DNA of 64,000 nt from Eledone cirrhosa. Lineage: Eukaryota. Positions 14,553-27,514 of the stretch are shown piece by piece. Position numbers and translations under genes: made by a program. Every line of letters starts with the position of its first letter. Positions within the stretch are counted from its first letter, which is position 1. The stretch lies in NCBI GenBank assembly GCA_964016885.1, contig OZ024740.1:126356001-126420000 (forward strand). The letters run 5' to 3'. The notes under the pieces are model-generated. The model did no database searches. It saw only the letters and a list, made by a program, of their open reading frames with translations, and was not told where the DNA came from.

Positions 14553-17169
14553 TTAAACCAGCCATCTCATTTCGCTTCTCTCTGATCGGTTGTTTATTTG
14601 CGGTTGCAGTCGTTTGATAAAAAGCGCTTCCTTGATACGTAACGTGCCGACGTTTCTTTCAGTCGCTAGAATTGTGACAATGGGCCTTCCGTCTTTGTTT
14701 CCGCATTTGTCTATGTGCTTCCGGAAAGACGAGGCCCTGTTCCTTGATCCGGATGTGCAAAGTCGAATTGTGTTACCTATGTAGTATTGGTTGCACCTGT
14801 CACATTCTATCTTATACACGACGTATGTGCGTAGGCAACAGTTCGCATGGCGTATCGGGCAGTCTCTGAGGGAGCATGCGTCAGTAGATTTTTCGGGTTT
14901 CTTGGAGAGGCATCTTCGCAGGGAGGCGCCCGAGTGGGCCAGGTGGATGTCGAGGCCCTCCCTCCATATAGCCTTGCGGATAGCGTTGGTGGTTTTCTCG
15001 CCCAGGTGTGGCATTTTAAGGAAGCACTTGCCTTGGGTGCTTCTCTGTCTCTTGCGTCTGGTGTCTCCTATTCTGTCTGTGATCGAGGTAGGGTACCCGT
15101 TCGTCTCCAGCACCTCGAGGAATCGCTTGGTATGAGTGACACCACGCGCGCGATCGCTGCATCTGTTTTTGATTCGCGCGATTTCGTTCGTGATGTATCC
15201 TCTTTTGGCACTGTTAGGGAGGGCGGACTTGTAGTGAACGAATAGGTCCCTGCAGGCTGCCTTTCGGTAGAAGTTGCAGTGGATCCTTCCCTGTTCCGTG
15301 ATGTTGATTCGGAAGTCGAGGAGGGCAAGTGACCCGTCTTCGTTGGGGTGTTCAACACTGAAGTCAATGTTCTCGTCCGTGTTGTTGAACGTCTCATAGA
15401 TTCTGTTCGCCGTGTCTTGGGAAGATGTGAGGATGAGGATATCGTCCACGTACCTTGAGAAAAAGGCTACGGCGTTGGGGTGGCAGGCGTTGAGTGCCTT
15501 GCATTCGAGGTTGTCCATGTAAGAGATCGCTAGCACACCTGATAGGCTTGATCCCATGGGCAATCCCGAGGTTTGTTGGTATATTTGGTCAAGGAATCCG
15601 AAGTAGGTGTTGTCGACGACGATGGATAGGAGTTGGTGGATGTCAGTGGTGGTGAGCCCGAAGCAGTGTAGGTCGGTGGATTGGACGCTTCCATTAGTAT
15701 ATTGACGGCCGGGAGTGCCGGGACCGAGGTGTAGAGAGCGACTACATCAAGGCTGAAGGCATATCTGTTATTCCTTCTGGTGTCGGGATCCATTTGATGC
15801 AGGCGCTTCAACACCTCCTCGGAGCTGTTGACGTGTCCCGGCAAGGTGTCTAAGATGGGTTTGAGTATTCTGGCTAGGAGCCATGAAATTTTGTAGAGTG
15901 GTCCCTCCACGCTCGATACGATGGGCCTGATTTTCAGGTCGGGTCCCTGTTTGTGTGTTCTCGCGAGGTTGTAGAAGGCGGGTAGTCTGCTGTTCCTCGT
16001 GAGGAGGTTGTATCTCAGATTCTTCGGGAGCTTCCGCCGGTCGCAGATGTTGGTTCAGGCGGAGTTGATGAGTTCTTCTATCTGCGCGGGAGTGATTCCC
16101 GTGACCTTGGAGTAGAGGTTGTCATCGTCAAGGTGTTGGAGGGCCAGGATGTTGTAGGCCTCTCTGCTGATGACGCAGAATTCTTCTCCCTTGTCGGGGG
16201 GGGGGATAGATGAGGTTCTTCGATTTTAGGTTGGAGAGAGTGGTGAGTTGAGATTTGGTGAGGTTATGTGTTGTGCGTGTGTGTGTGTGTTTGTGAAGTA
16301 TATTCGAGATGGAGTGTTTGAGCCTGATGAGTTTAGTGTCGAGTTCGTGGTTGGTGGGTGGGGGGTGGAGTGGGTTGTCGGGGTGGTAAGTGGGGAACTT
16401 GGGGTGGGTTGCGTCGGCGCTGTTATTTTCTGTGGCGCTGTTGATGGCGGTCACCCATTTAAGTTGGTAAGCGGCTCGACAAAAGTTGGCCTCGATGTTG
16501 AGTTTGAGTCTGTCGTCGAGACGTTGTGTGACGATGAACTTAGGTCCGAGGTGTAGGAGTTTCAGCTCGTCGCTCGTGAGAGTGCCGGTTAGGTCGGTGA
16601 CCAGGTGCGTCGCATCGTTGAGGTATGGCTCGATGTTGGTGGTTGCGGCGGTGGCGGTTGTAAAGTTGTTGTTTTCCATGTGGTTGGTTCTGGTCCGTCT
16701 GTTCGTTAGTGTCGATGTTCTCGTTGTGGCGTTTCGATAAGATCCACTCATATTTTCGCTTGAGCCGTTTTTATTCGTATTGGACTCTGGAGTGGTAGCA
16801 CTGGTCGATTGCTTTAGTGATTTTCAGGAGCAAGTCTCCGGGCGCTATTGGCAGTCGATGTGTCCGCTCTGAGAGTGTCCGCTTATGGACGTGTAATTGG
16901 CGGTTGAGATGTCTCAGGATCTGTTTAATACACGTGCGTTGTATGCGGTTAGTGGTGATTTGGAAGGCTGGTGTACGTAGGCTTACTGGTAAGCGGATGT
17001 TCTTGATGGTGTTGGAGATGACATCGTTTTTTAGGCAGCGTTTCAGGAAAATAATTTGGCAGCCAGCGTTGACCCATTTCTCCGTCAGTCTAAACAGTTC
17101 CCTTACGGATGCAAACAATTCCTGGCTCAGGTGTAAGGATAAGAGAGTATTGAAGTTTGCTTGAAGCAT
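14553..17169 (-). pseudogene. PLE ORF: N-terminal domain, RT, C-terminal GIY-YIG; several frameshifts
   Basis: MLQANF..FLKRCLK; LHLGPKF; FSLDVVALYTSVP; PMGSSLSGVLA; RYVDDI; LLDFRI..FYRK; VVYKIECDRCNQYYIGNT. Confidence 0.92.
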
Positions 17170-17859
17170 TGTGGAACCATAAGTAAATATCTTTAAGTCG
17201 TTTGGAAGCCTCGACAATGCAAATGGGTAAATCTCCGGGTAACAAGGTCCGGTGGTGGAGAGAGAGATGTAAGTAGGTGTACGTTGAGATGCGTGGTGTG
17301 TATAAGATGTGTGAAATGTGTAGAATGAAGAGTATAAAGGATAGAATAAAAATAACAACACAAGAGAGAGTTACCTTGGGAGAGATTTAATAGTCCCTAT
17401 ATATTTCGGATTCACATCTATCAACTGGGGTTTTTTTCCGGGGTGGGGGAAAAGGTTGTCTGTCGGACAGGTCCGGAATGCGTCCTTCGCTGTTTGTTGT
17501 TTTGAATATCTGAGGTATTCGGCAGAGCGCGCGTGCGCGTGAAATGGGGTCGGTCGTACAGAGGTCAGCGGCTGAATGAGGGAGTGGGATGGCGCTAGCT
17601 GTCAGTCCATTCTCTGCCTGTTTGTTAAATGTTACTGTGTGCGTGTGTGCGTGTGCTGTTGTCTCGCTTCAGTGTGTGTGTGTGTGTGTGTGTGCGTGTG
17701 TTATTGCCTTGTTCCTCTGTATTGGCAGTGTAGTATGTACGTATGGTGGAATGCTACTGTGTGTGTGTGCGTGTGTGTGTGTGCGTGTGTGTGTGTGTTG
17801 TCTCGTTTGCGTGTGTGTGTGTGTGCGTGTGTTGTGTGTTGTTGCATCGCTTGTTAACT

Positions 17860-19008
17860 TAAACCAGCCATCACATTTCACTCTCTCTGATCGGTTGTTT
17901 ATTTGCGGTTGCAGTCGTTTGATAAAAAGCGCTTCCTTGATACGTAACGTGCCGACGTTTCTTTCAGTCGCTAGAATTGTGACAATGGGCCTTCCGTCTT
18001 TGTTTCCGCATTTGTCTATGTGTTTCCGGAAAGACGAGGCCCTGGTTTTAGTGTGTTCCTTGATCCGGATGTGCAAAGGTCGAATTGTGCTACCTATGTA
18101 GTATTGGTTGCACCTGTCACATTCTATCTTATACACGACGTATGTGCGTAGGCAACAGTTCGCATGGCGTATCAGGCAGTCTCTGAGGGAGCATGCGTCA
18201 GTAGATTTTTCGGGTTTCTTGGAGAGGCATCTTCGCAGGGAGGGGCCCGAGCGGGCCAGGTGGATGTCGAGGCCCTCCCTCCGTATAGCCTTGCGGATAG
18301 CGTTGGTGGTTTTCTCGCGCAGGTGTGGCATTTTAAGGAAGCACTTGCCTTGGGTGCTTCTCTGTCTCTTGCGTCTGGTGTCTCCTATTCTGTCTGTGAT
18401 CGAGGTAGGGTACCCGTTCGTCTCCAGCACCTCGAGGAATCGCTTGGTATGAGTGACACCACTCGCGGGATCGCTGCATCTGTTTTTGATTCGCGCGATC
18501 TCGTCGTGATGTATCCTCTTTTGGCGCTGTTAGGAAGGGCGGACTTGTAGTGAACGAATAGGTCCCTGCAGGCTGCCTTTCGCTAGAAGTTGCAGTGGAT
18601 CCTTCCCTGTTCCGTGATGTTGATTCGGAAGTCGAGGAGGGCAAGTGACCCGTCTTCGATGGGATGTTCAACACTGAAGTCAATGTTCTCGTCCGTGTTG
18701 TTGAACGTCTCATAGATTCTGTTCGCCGTGTCTTGGGAAGATGTGAGGATGAGGATATCTTCCACGTACCTTGAGAAAAAGGGTACGGCGTTGGGGTGGC
18801 AGGCGTTGAGTGCCTTGCGTTCGAGGTTGTCCATGTAAGAGATCGCTAGCACACCTGATAGGCTTGATCCCATGGGCAATCCCGAGGTTTGTTTGGTATA
18901 TTTGGTCGAGGAATCCGAAGTAGGTGTTGTCGACGACGATGGATAGGAGTTGGTGGATGTCAGTGGTGGTGAGCCCGAAGCAGTGTAGGTCGGTGGATTG
19001 GACGCGTT
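17860..19008 (-). pseudogene. Duplicated 3' half of the PLE ORF (RT C-half + GIY-YIG)
   Basis: GLPMGSSLSGVLA, RYVEDI, VVYKIECDRCNQYYIGSTIRPLHIRIKEH. Confidence 0.9.
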
Positions 19009-19102
19009 CCATATATATATATATAATTCATTTTCCATTGGTTTCCTGAAGACATATTTATATCTGTCTGCAGTCGTTAGAATGAATCACACGGAACATG
19101 TT

Positions 19103-19167
19103 ATTCATTCTGACGATTTAAGACAGATATACATATCTGTCTTCAAGAAACCTCTGGTAAATGAATT
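19103..19167 (+). ncRNA. Type I hammerhead ribozyme
   Basis: attcatt-CTGACGA-tttaagacagata tacata tctgtcttcaa-GAAA-cctctgg-TA-aatgaat. Confidence 0.85.
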
Positions 19168-19334
19168 TATTATATTATGTTGTTTATTACATAACTAAAA
19201 AGCTCTGTAGGCTACATAGAGAACTCTTGACTTATTTTATTTTACATTACTCCGGAGTAACTAAACCAACCTGCGTACTTCGTCGAGTGCTCCAATCTGC
19301 ATACTGATGTGACGTTGAACAACCAACATTTACT

Positions 19335-19404
<70 letters not shown>

Positions 19405-19463
19405 AAAAAAGATGAAATCGAAAATGCAACTGGAGTGTGTTTTTTAAATATATATTTATTTAG

Positions 19464-19504
19464 TTCCTTTACCGGTTTCGCAGTTCTGCTTTTCAAAAGT
19501 AGAA
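19464..19504 (-). ncRNA. Minimal hammerhead with U3-A8 covariant core, in a PLE pseudo-LTR fragment (~19400-19860)
   Basis: ttctactt-TTGAAAA-gcag aa ctgc-GAAA-ccgg-TA-aaggaa; paralogue at 39514-39556 (+). Confidence 0.65.
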
Positions 19505-20085
19505 TTGAGATGGAGGGTTTGGGTTTTTTCTCACAGCTGGTTGGTCTTTGAATGTTACTTCTGTTTTATATGGAAAAAGTAATTTGGTTGGTTGGTGAAT
19601 ATGTATAATATATTTCGCGCCATTTCTAGTTACAAAGTTCTTATTATATTTACCTTCAAACAAAGGGGGGGGGGTCAGGTTGTTTTTTCATGTATGAGTG
19701 AAGTTTGGCTGGTCGATGCAGTCACGTGAATAAGCACATCAGCTTTCGCGCCAGTTTGTGTTTGAATTTCTTTTTACTTAAAAAAAGGTGGCTCACGAAG
19801 GCTTTTCTTTTATAAAAATAATTTGATTGGTTATAAATGAAAGTATTTCCGTAGGAAGGGTAAAGGAAATCAGAGTTCTCTGTGTAGGCTACAGAGCTTT
19901 TTAGTTATTTAATAAACAACATAATATAATTAATTCATTTACCTGGGGTTTCTTGAAGACAGATATTTATATCTGTCTTAAGGCGCCAGAATGAATAACA
20001 TGTTCCATGTTATTCATTGTGACGACTTAAAATAATTAAGTCAAGTAGGTAAAATTTGGCTTCGTTTATTATAAATTATAAATTT

Positions 20086-20140
20086 ACTGCTATATATATT
20101 TCGGTGACAGCTATTAATGGACGTGACCTCTTCAGGCAGT
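20086..20140 (-). ncRNA. Type I hammerhead ribozyme
   Basis: actgc-CTGAAGA-ggtcac..gtcacc-GAAA-tatata-TA-gcagt. Confidence 0.8.
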
Positions 20141-20514
20141 CCGAATTGGTGTGGAAAAGACAGGTACACATGTTGTTGACGTTTTTCACTCTGTCAATAC
20201 ATCGATATGTCCAGCTCCTGGGTGTGTTGTTAGTCCTCCGTATCCCATTGGTCAGTTGTGAGACCACTCCTCAGTCAAAAGTCTATAGACATTCTTCTGA
20301 GGCATGTCAGCCTGTTATATAGTGTGTTTTGTTAGAATGTTTAAGTACAGCTGACCTCCTTCACTGTGTTGGTAGTGATAGTGGTGTTAAGAGGTCAGCT
20401 AGCAGGTCAACTTTAGTTTCACGTAGTGGGAGATGCCAAACAAATAAAGAATGCGTGTGTGTTACAACCAATATCAAACATTTTGAAATATATATATATA
20501 TATATATATATACA

Positions 20515-21769
20515 TATTGTTATACTTAGGGAGGGTCATATTTGTGTAATATTGCCAGAATTAATAACAGAACACACTCACTGTTTGGTTGGTTTTTGCT
20601 TTTCGCTTCTGTGTCTTTTGTATCGGTAATCTAATTTATTCGGTCCTCAATGTTGCCATTGACTGACCAACGGTCAAAAATAATACAGATACAATATAGA
20701 CACAAACACATATATATAGTTCATCAAAGTTCTTTCGTTGCACATCTACCACCTTAAACATTAAGGTGGTCGAAAAGCCAGGAATCACCATAAAATCCTT
20801 GATCAGCAAAACCTACCCTTTTAAGAAAACCCACTCTACTAATAGGAAATGTATCATATGTAAGGTAAACCCCCGGATAAATTGTAAAACTAGAAACGTA
20901 GTCTATAGCATAAGATGTACAGAGGGTACTTGCAGAAACATGACAACAACATACATAGGCGAGACAGCTCGTAGCATAGGTGAAAGGATAGATCAACACT
21001 GGGGGGGGGGGACTAAAAGGACGAAAAAACGCTTCAGTACTATACGAACATGCCAGACAACAGCACGACGGTAACATAGACAACATAGAAATTCGAATAT
21101 CTAAACATAGAAATGACCCAGCAGATAGGCAAATCAGAGAGGCCAGTGAAATAGAACTTAGAAAGCCAAGGCTAAACAGAAAGAATGAATGGAATAACAA
21201 CAACACCCAAACAAACAACACTGACCTAAGAGAAGTATAAAAAAATAAATACATACATACACAAGCACAATAACAACACACACATATAAACACACACTAG
21301 TAAAGATAGAATACATTAACCAATACACAGTCAGCCAATCACGAACACACATCAAACAAAACACTATACACACGCAAACGGATGCGCAAAGAAGACAAAA
21401 TAAAATAAACAAATAAATAAATATATAAATAGACTAAATAAAGATGGCGTAAAAAATACAATGCAACGGGAGGAAACAATAGCACCACTGACGATGTTGC
21501 AGATGTGCAACAAAAGAACTTTGATAGACAATATATATGTGTTTGTGTCTATATTGTATCTGTATTTTTTACCGTTGGTCAGTCAATGGCAACATTGAGG
21601 ACCGAATAAATTAGATTACCGATATAAAAGACACAGAAGCGAAAAGCGAAAACCAACCAAACAGTGAGTGTGTTCTGTTATTCATTCTGGCAATATTACA
21701 CAAATATGACCCTCTGCAAGTATAACAATATTTGTTTCGACACACGATTTCATAAAAAAAACCTCGCAA

Positions 21770-21772
<3 letters not shown>
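20515..21772 (+). mobile_element. 5'-truncated PLE: inverted pseudo-LTR piece (20515-20753) + GIY-YIG fragment + pseudo-LTR with decayed HHR (~21485-21525)
   Basis: 20530-20750 is the reverse complement of 21495-21725; (TA)n on both flanks. Confidence 0.87.
20754..21195 (+). pseudogene. PLE GIY-YIG endonuclease fragment
   Basis: KCIICK..NCKTRNVVYSIRC..C..TYIGETARSIGERIDQH, then frameshifted DRQIREASEI..KPRLNRKNEW. Confidence 0.88.
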
Positions 21773-21821
<49 letters not shown>

Positions 21822-24151
21822 AAATAGTGAGTGCGAGAGAGAAAGAGAGAGGGAGGAAGGGGAGGATAGAAAGAAAGAGAGATATACCATTTCAAAATTC
21901 CGATTTCCCTTTTTTTACTTTATTTATACACAAACACCACATATCTCCACACACGAACACTTTCAGAGAGTCTCACAATCAGTGCAGCAAATATTACACT
22001 ACAAATTTCATGCGTCTCGTGGCAAAATGCCATAGCTACTAACCATCGGTCTACTCACTAATTGGATAGTTTCACGACCATATCATTCATCAGCAAATCA
22101 CCGAGTCACATGGTAGGGCATTGTAATTACTGTCATAAACATAGCGAGCCATGACTAATTATCTTTTGTGTGTATCTGTATGTGCGTCTGATTTAAAGTA
22201 TTGGAATTACATCGGAAAATCACTGCCGTAGCAAACAGCTATAATATATTTATGTATCAAAGTGTTTTTATTTCACGCCGTCTCCAGCCTCTTCACACAT
22301 AGCGACACGACAATTACACAGTCACACAGTCACATACATACACATACATATGCACACATACAGATATACATGTGCATACGTGTGTTTGTCAATGATATTC
22401 TTTGTATGTGCGTGTGTTTGCTTTTTGTGAGGACATCCGTAAACGGCATGTAGCGTGAATACACTGACATACTATAAAGGATGTCTCGCAATGATGTTCA
22501 AGTATTTGGGGGTTACGTTAAGTGGCTGCTCTGCATCACTGAGGATATCTTCAACAATAATTTCTCCATACTTCATAATAAAATTAAAGCACGAAGGGAA
22601 TAGAAAGAGGGGATTTTCATTAGACTCGTACAACATGATAATAGTATTATAGAACTTATGAAAGGAATCTATTCTTACAGCAGAATATATGAGAGTTGTC
22701 TCTGTGGATAATGAACAGTGATAATCGACAGGTAATATATGATCTTCACATACATTTCTAACATTTTGAGCAACTTATTGCTTCAGAAATTTGATTATTG
22801 AAGAACCTGATATATTTGTTTCTAAACTCATCTGCCTTTAATCGCGTTGTCCATTTAAACCAGCTTATTATACCACAATGCAGGCTTGTAACCACCTATA
22901 TATAATTTCATTGTGAAATTATCTGCCGTTGTTACATAACAAACGGGTTTGTATCGATGTTTATTTAGTTTGACTGTTAATTTAAGCTCATTGTTAGAAG
23001 ATAAATAGAAAATATATGCATCTGAATTTAGTCTAAAATTGAAATTAAATTCCGTTGTTGGACAACAATATGGGATCATATGCGTATGTACTTAGATTCA
23101 CTGATATTAAATACCCTCATTAGACTAAAATAAGGGTCATATATATTTGTATTTAGTCAAATTATGAATTTAATCTTCGTTATTAGACCATATTAAGGAG
23201 TCCTATCCATATGTGTTTACGCTTGCTGTATAACTAAATCCCGTTCATATACTATTCATTTGGTCATCTGGTTTCACCAGCCTGACGAAAATGAAATATT
23301 ATGCTCTTCCATCTTTCTCTGTCTCTGGCTGGGATTGGTGATTGAATCTAGTTTGTGCTACACTTGCGCATGCCAACTCTTAGGGTGGATCTCCAAGTCT
23401 TCCTTGTCCTATCTTTTAGTTTTTTTCCCACCATCGGCAACCGTGACATTGCAGTTCTTGCTGGTATATTGTCACTCATTCGAGGAGCATGTCCTGCTCG
23501 CAGCATTCTCCTGCTCTTGATGACAATATTCGTGTGGCATTGGCTCTACGAAACACATCTTCGTTTGTGATAATATCTTGCCATCTAATAGCCAAGGTCG
23601 TGGTTATATTCAATTTTGGTGGGGTGAAATACCTGAATCATGGTAAACGTAAAGACGGTTAAACTCGTTGGTTTATACTCACAACAAACTACCGAAGATA
23701 TATCTCTTATTGTAAACACAGGTCCTAATATCACAGTCTGACGAAATGCATATCGATATGGTCGTGTACATAAGATTTCAGTTATGAGAGGATCTAAAGG
23801 GTCATTTACATTTACGTGTGATTTACCGCTGAAACTCTTGATGTAGGACTGATAATGTACTTTCTTTGGATAATATTATGGACAATGAAACGAAATGTAG
23901 GAAACATTATTTAAAAGAACAAACAAAACGAAAACGAATTAATAAATAGCTAAATAAATTGATAAAGATAGTTTTGTCTTTTATAATTACCAAACGAGAA
24001 AATATCTCCTATACTTGCCAATTCACTTGTGACAAGTCTGATTGACAAGATAAAATTATTGTTAATGATAAAACGACTTCGAATTCGACGTAATTACGTT
24101 GAAATGTTCTGGAATAAGTGAACGCTTTTTTCTATCAATAGTGTTGTTTGA

Positions 24152-24222
<71 letters not shown>

Positions 24223-24291
24223 ACAATGGAACGGGAACGAAACAGAGAGGCAGTACAAACAAAGGTTTATTAGTTTAACGCTCTATATATA

Positions 24292-24325
<34 letters not shown>

Positions 24326-24328
<3 letters not shown>

Positions 24329-24882
24329 CGTTTCTGAATTTGTTTAGCAAGACTGTTTATCTGAAAATGTGTGTTGAAACCGATATTGTTATACTTTGGG
24401 AGGGTCATGTTGCCAATAAGAAACACACGCACCAGTTGCTTTCACTTCAATTTATTATAATAAATTTATAAATTCTGGAATTTATAAATTTCCGGTTGGT
24501 TGGTTGGTTGGTTCCACAACCAGATGGTTGTTTATATATTGTCAAAGTACTTTCGTCAAACATTCTGAGACCTCATCATGGGGTAGGACAGAACAAAGGA
24601 GAGGCACAAAAACAAAGAAAAGAATCCCCAGTCACTGAAGAGGTCACAGAATGTGTGACGAAAGAACCTTGACAATATATAAACAACCATCTGGTTGTGG
24701 AACCAACCAACCAACCGGAAATTTATAAATTCCTAAATTTATAAATTTATTATAATAAATTGAAGTGAAAGCTATGGTGCGTGTGTTTCTTATTGGCAAC
24801 ATGACCCTCCCAAAGTATAATAATATCGGTTTCAACACACGTTTTCAGGTAAACAATCTTGCTAAACAAATTCAGAAACGAA

Positions 24883-24883
<1 letters not shown>
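24326..24883. mobile_element. Fold-back pseudo-LTR pair (arms 24326-24578 / 24636-24883) with a hammerhead in each arm
   Basis: Near-perfect inverted repeat between (TA)n tracts; + arm gtca-CTGAAGA-ggtcaca gaatg tgtgac-GAAA-gaac-CT-tgac (24631-24673; U16.1 mutated). Same terminus at 24936, 25553, 44285, 46660-46865 and 51820. Confidence 0.85.
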
Positions 24884-24936
<53 letters not shown>

Positions 24937-25031
24937 TTCGTTTCTGAATTTGTTTAGCAAGATTCTTTATCTGAAAACGTGTGTTGAAACCGATATTGTT
25001 ATATTTTGGGAGGGTCATGTTGCCAATAAGA

Positions 25032-25235
25032 AACGAGTAGGACTCTGACGGCTGAGCTCAAACCGTTTCGACGCCTAATTCTGAACTAAAAAATTAGTCC
25101 AGAATTAGCCGTCGAAACGTCTTGAGCACAGCCGTCAGGGTCCTACTCGTTCCTGTTACCCACTCTCCTTCCCTAAGCATTGAGTACTTTGGTGCGTTAT
25201 GGTCCACCTGGTTCCTTACCACATTTCCTTCGTTA
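25032..25235. mobile_element. Short fold-back terminus (palindrome 25032-25151); family shared with 53190-53330 and 53529-53720
   Basis: aacgagtaggac..ctaattctgaactaa / ttagtccagaattag..gtcctactcgtt; ends in (TA)n. Confidence 0.7.
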
Positions 25236-25494
25236 TATATATATATATATATATATATGATAAACATAGATATACACATATATGTGTTCAAATCGTAAGG
25301 GACCCTATTGTCCATAGTTAGTATCTTTTTTACCTTAGCGAATCTGTCCGTTACGATTTGAACACATTAAGTGTATATCTGTCTTTATCTCTCTTTTATA
25401 TTCAATTATAATATACGGCTCGGAAAAATCTCTGTCCTTGTGCTATTTGATTGTAAGAGACTATTTTGAGTTTCTAACCCAATATATACCTTTG

Positions 25495-25554
<60 letters not shown>

Positions 25555-25598
25555 TGTTATACTTTGGGAGGGTCATGTTGCCAATAAATTCAGAAACG

Positions 25599-25636
<38 letters not shown>

Positions 25637-25659
25637 TATCTTATCTAGGGCAGGTAAAA

Positions 25660-27390
25660 TTCCCGTGATGAATGGACGAGTTCTCTCCAGCGGTCCCTGT
25701 CCCTCATCATCGCCGCCAAGTGCTGCGTCTCCAAGAAACCTCTGTCTGTCCTTAGGGCATCGACATATGTCAAACTCGATCTCCCTCTTCTAGTGTGTAC
25801 GTACAGGGGGATCCCAAAGGAACACTGAGTGCAGTGTCAACTCTGAATGTTGGTGAGCATGTCCAGCTAACCTCAATCTCCTCTGTATTATTTGGGAGCT
25901 GACTTTTAGGAGGCTTCCGTATATTTCTTCATACTCTGTGTATAATGATTAATGTTCAGAGCCATCCTCAACATTCTCCCGTGGCACCCTTCCCCCATCA
26001 TAGTGAGTCTCTTGCTCAGTGTCCAAGTCTCAGACCCGTACAACTGCACAGCCTCCAGTGTAGCAACAAAGAAACGGGTCTTCAGGTCTTTACGAAGGTC
26101 CGACTTCCACACCGATCTCAAACTGTGACACTCTGCCCAGGCTAAGCTTTTCTTCTGAACCACATCATCCTCTGTGTTTCCAATCTTTGCTCCCAGATAC
26201 AGGAAGTCCTCAGCCAACTCTAGCGGCTTCCCGCCTACATTCACCATCTTCTCTGGCTTCTTAATATTATCTCTCAGATACGCGTATTAATCTCATTCAT
26301 TCTCAGCCCCACACTCATCAACACAGTCTACAACTCCTACAACAACTTCTCTGACTCCTTCACTGTGTTTGTCACCAGAACTATGTCGTCAGCATATTCA
26401 GCATCTGATATATTTTGCGCTTTAACTCGTCTGCTCTGAGTCAGTGCTACAGTAAAGCCAGAGTCCTCGTGTTTCTCCAGCGCAAGGCGCTTATAATGAT
26501 CTACTGCGATGATAAAATGGTAGGAAGCCAAAATATCTCCCTGGAGTACTCCAGCGAGTATCTCAAAGGACTCCGTCATCCCATCAGGTTTAATACCTGG
26601 GGCTTTGGTGTTGGTGTAGAGCAGTGATATCAGGTCCACTATCTTCTTGCGGATTCCATAAGCCTGTAAGATCTTCATCAGGCAGTGACGGTCCACAGAA
26701 TCAAAGGCCTTCCTAATATCACTGAAAACCATGCCAGCAGGAAGGCTCTTTGCGCTCTAGATCTCTCTAATACCCTTCTTAGCATCAGGATGTGACTGGT
26801 GGTTGATTTTTCCTCTCTAAACCCGTTATGGTTGTCCCTGAGTTTCTTTTCCATCTCAGGCTAGATCCTGTTAAGAAGCATCCTGTTGATAATCTTTGAC
26901 ACAAGTGACGTCAATGAGTTCCCCCTATAGTTGTAGGTGTTAGAGAAATCTTTCTTTGGAACTGGGACGATGTTACTGATCCTTCAATGATTCGAGGAAA
27001 CTCCTTTCTCAAGTGCCTGGTTAAAAAACTCCAGGATGATATCATCAAAATCACACCTCTTCATCAACTCTGATGCCACTCCATCTTCTACATAGGAGTA
27101 ACCCTCCTTGATATTCTTATTGGCTCTGTGAAGCTCCTCGCTGCCGAAGGGTCCTGTCTCAATTTCCAGTTCCTCAAACAGCCGCCTGACTCACCAGTGT
27201 TCTGGGATGTGGAGGGTGGCTCTCCTAGTACGGTTGTAAATTGGTCCAGCCTTGTCCTCTTCCTATACTCGGGTCCTATTCCCTGGATCGGGCTCGATCC
27301 TCGCCCTTCCTCCCGTGGGTCTCGTTGATGATCGTCCAGCTCTGTTTACACCGAGACCTGTCAACCGCTCTCTCCACATGTCGCATATTT
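25660..27390 (-). mobile_element. Decayed 5'-truncated RTE-clade LINE (RT region)
   Basis: NYRGNSLTSL-like segment, FSDIRKAFDSVDR, GVLQGDILASYHFIIAVD, EYADDI, DFLYLG, LYGSETWTL; many stops. Confidence 0.85.
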
Positions 27391-27514
27391 GCCATGCATC
27401 GTCTAGATAGATGAGAAACCAAACGAGAATGTAGCTTATGGACTACCCAACCTTATTATTCCTCTGTGTGTTTAACTGTTGAATTGATTTAATTTAATTA
27501 TTTTAACAGACAAA

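Larger units (their letters stand above)
14268..19010 (-). mobile_element. Penelope-like element in partial tandem: 5'-truncated copy (19010-17594) upstream of a full-length copy
   Basis: 14337-15690 and 17594-19008 are near-identical; both outer ends abut (TA)n; GC-rich against the background. Confidence 0.93.
19025..20030. mobile_element. Nested fold-back HHR element: hairpin 19025-19167 plus outer inverted repeat ~19085-19228 / ~19872-20010
   Basis: Reverse-complement matches read directly; four full or partial copies of one HHR motif. Confidence 0.72.

Noticed and set aside
17251-17593. Spliced PLE intron
   Set aside because: The deletion ends are not GT-AG on either strand; a microhomology junction explains it.
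14590-18550. Plus-strand ORFs overlapping the PLE
   Set aside because: Antisense by-products of a GC-rich coding strand; no domain signal.
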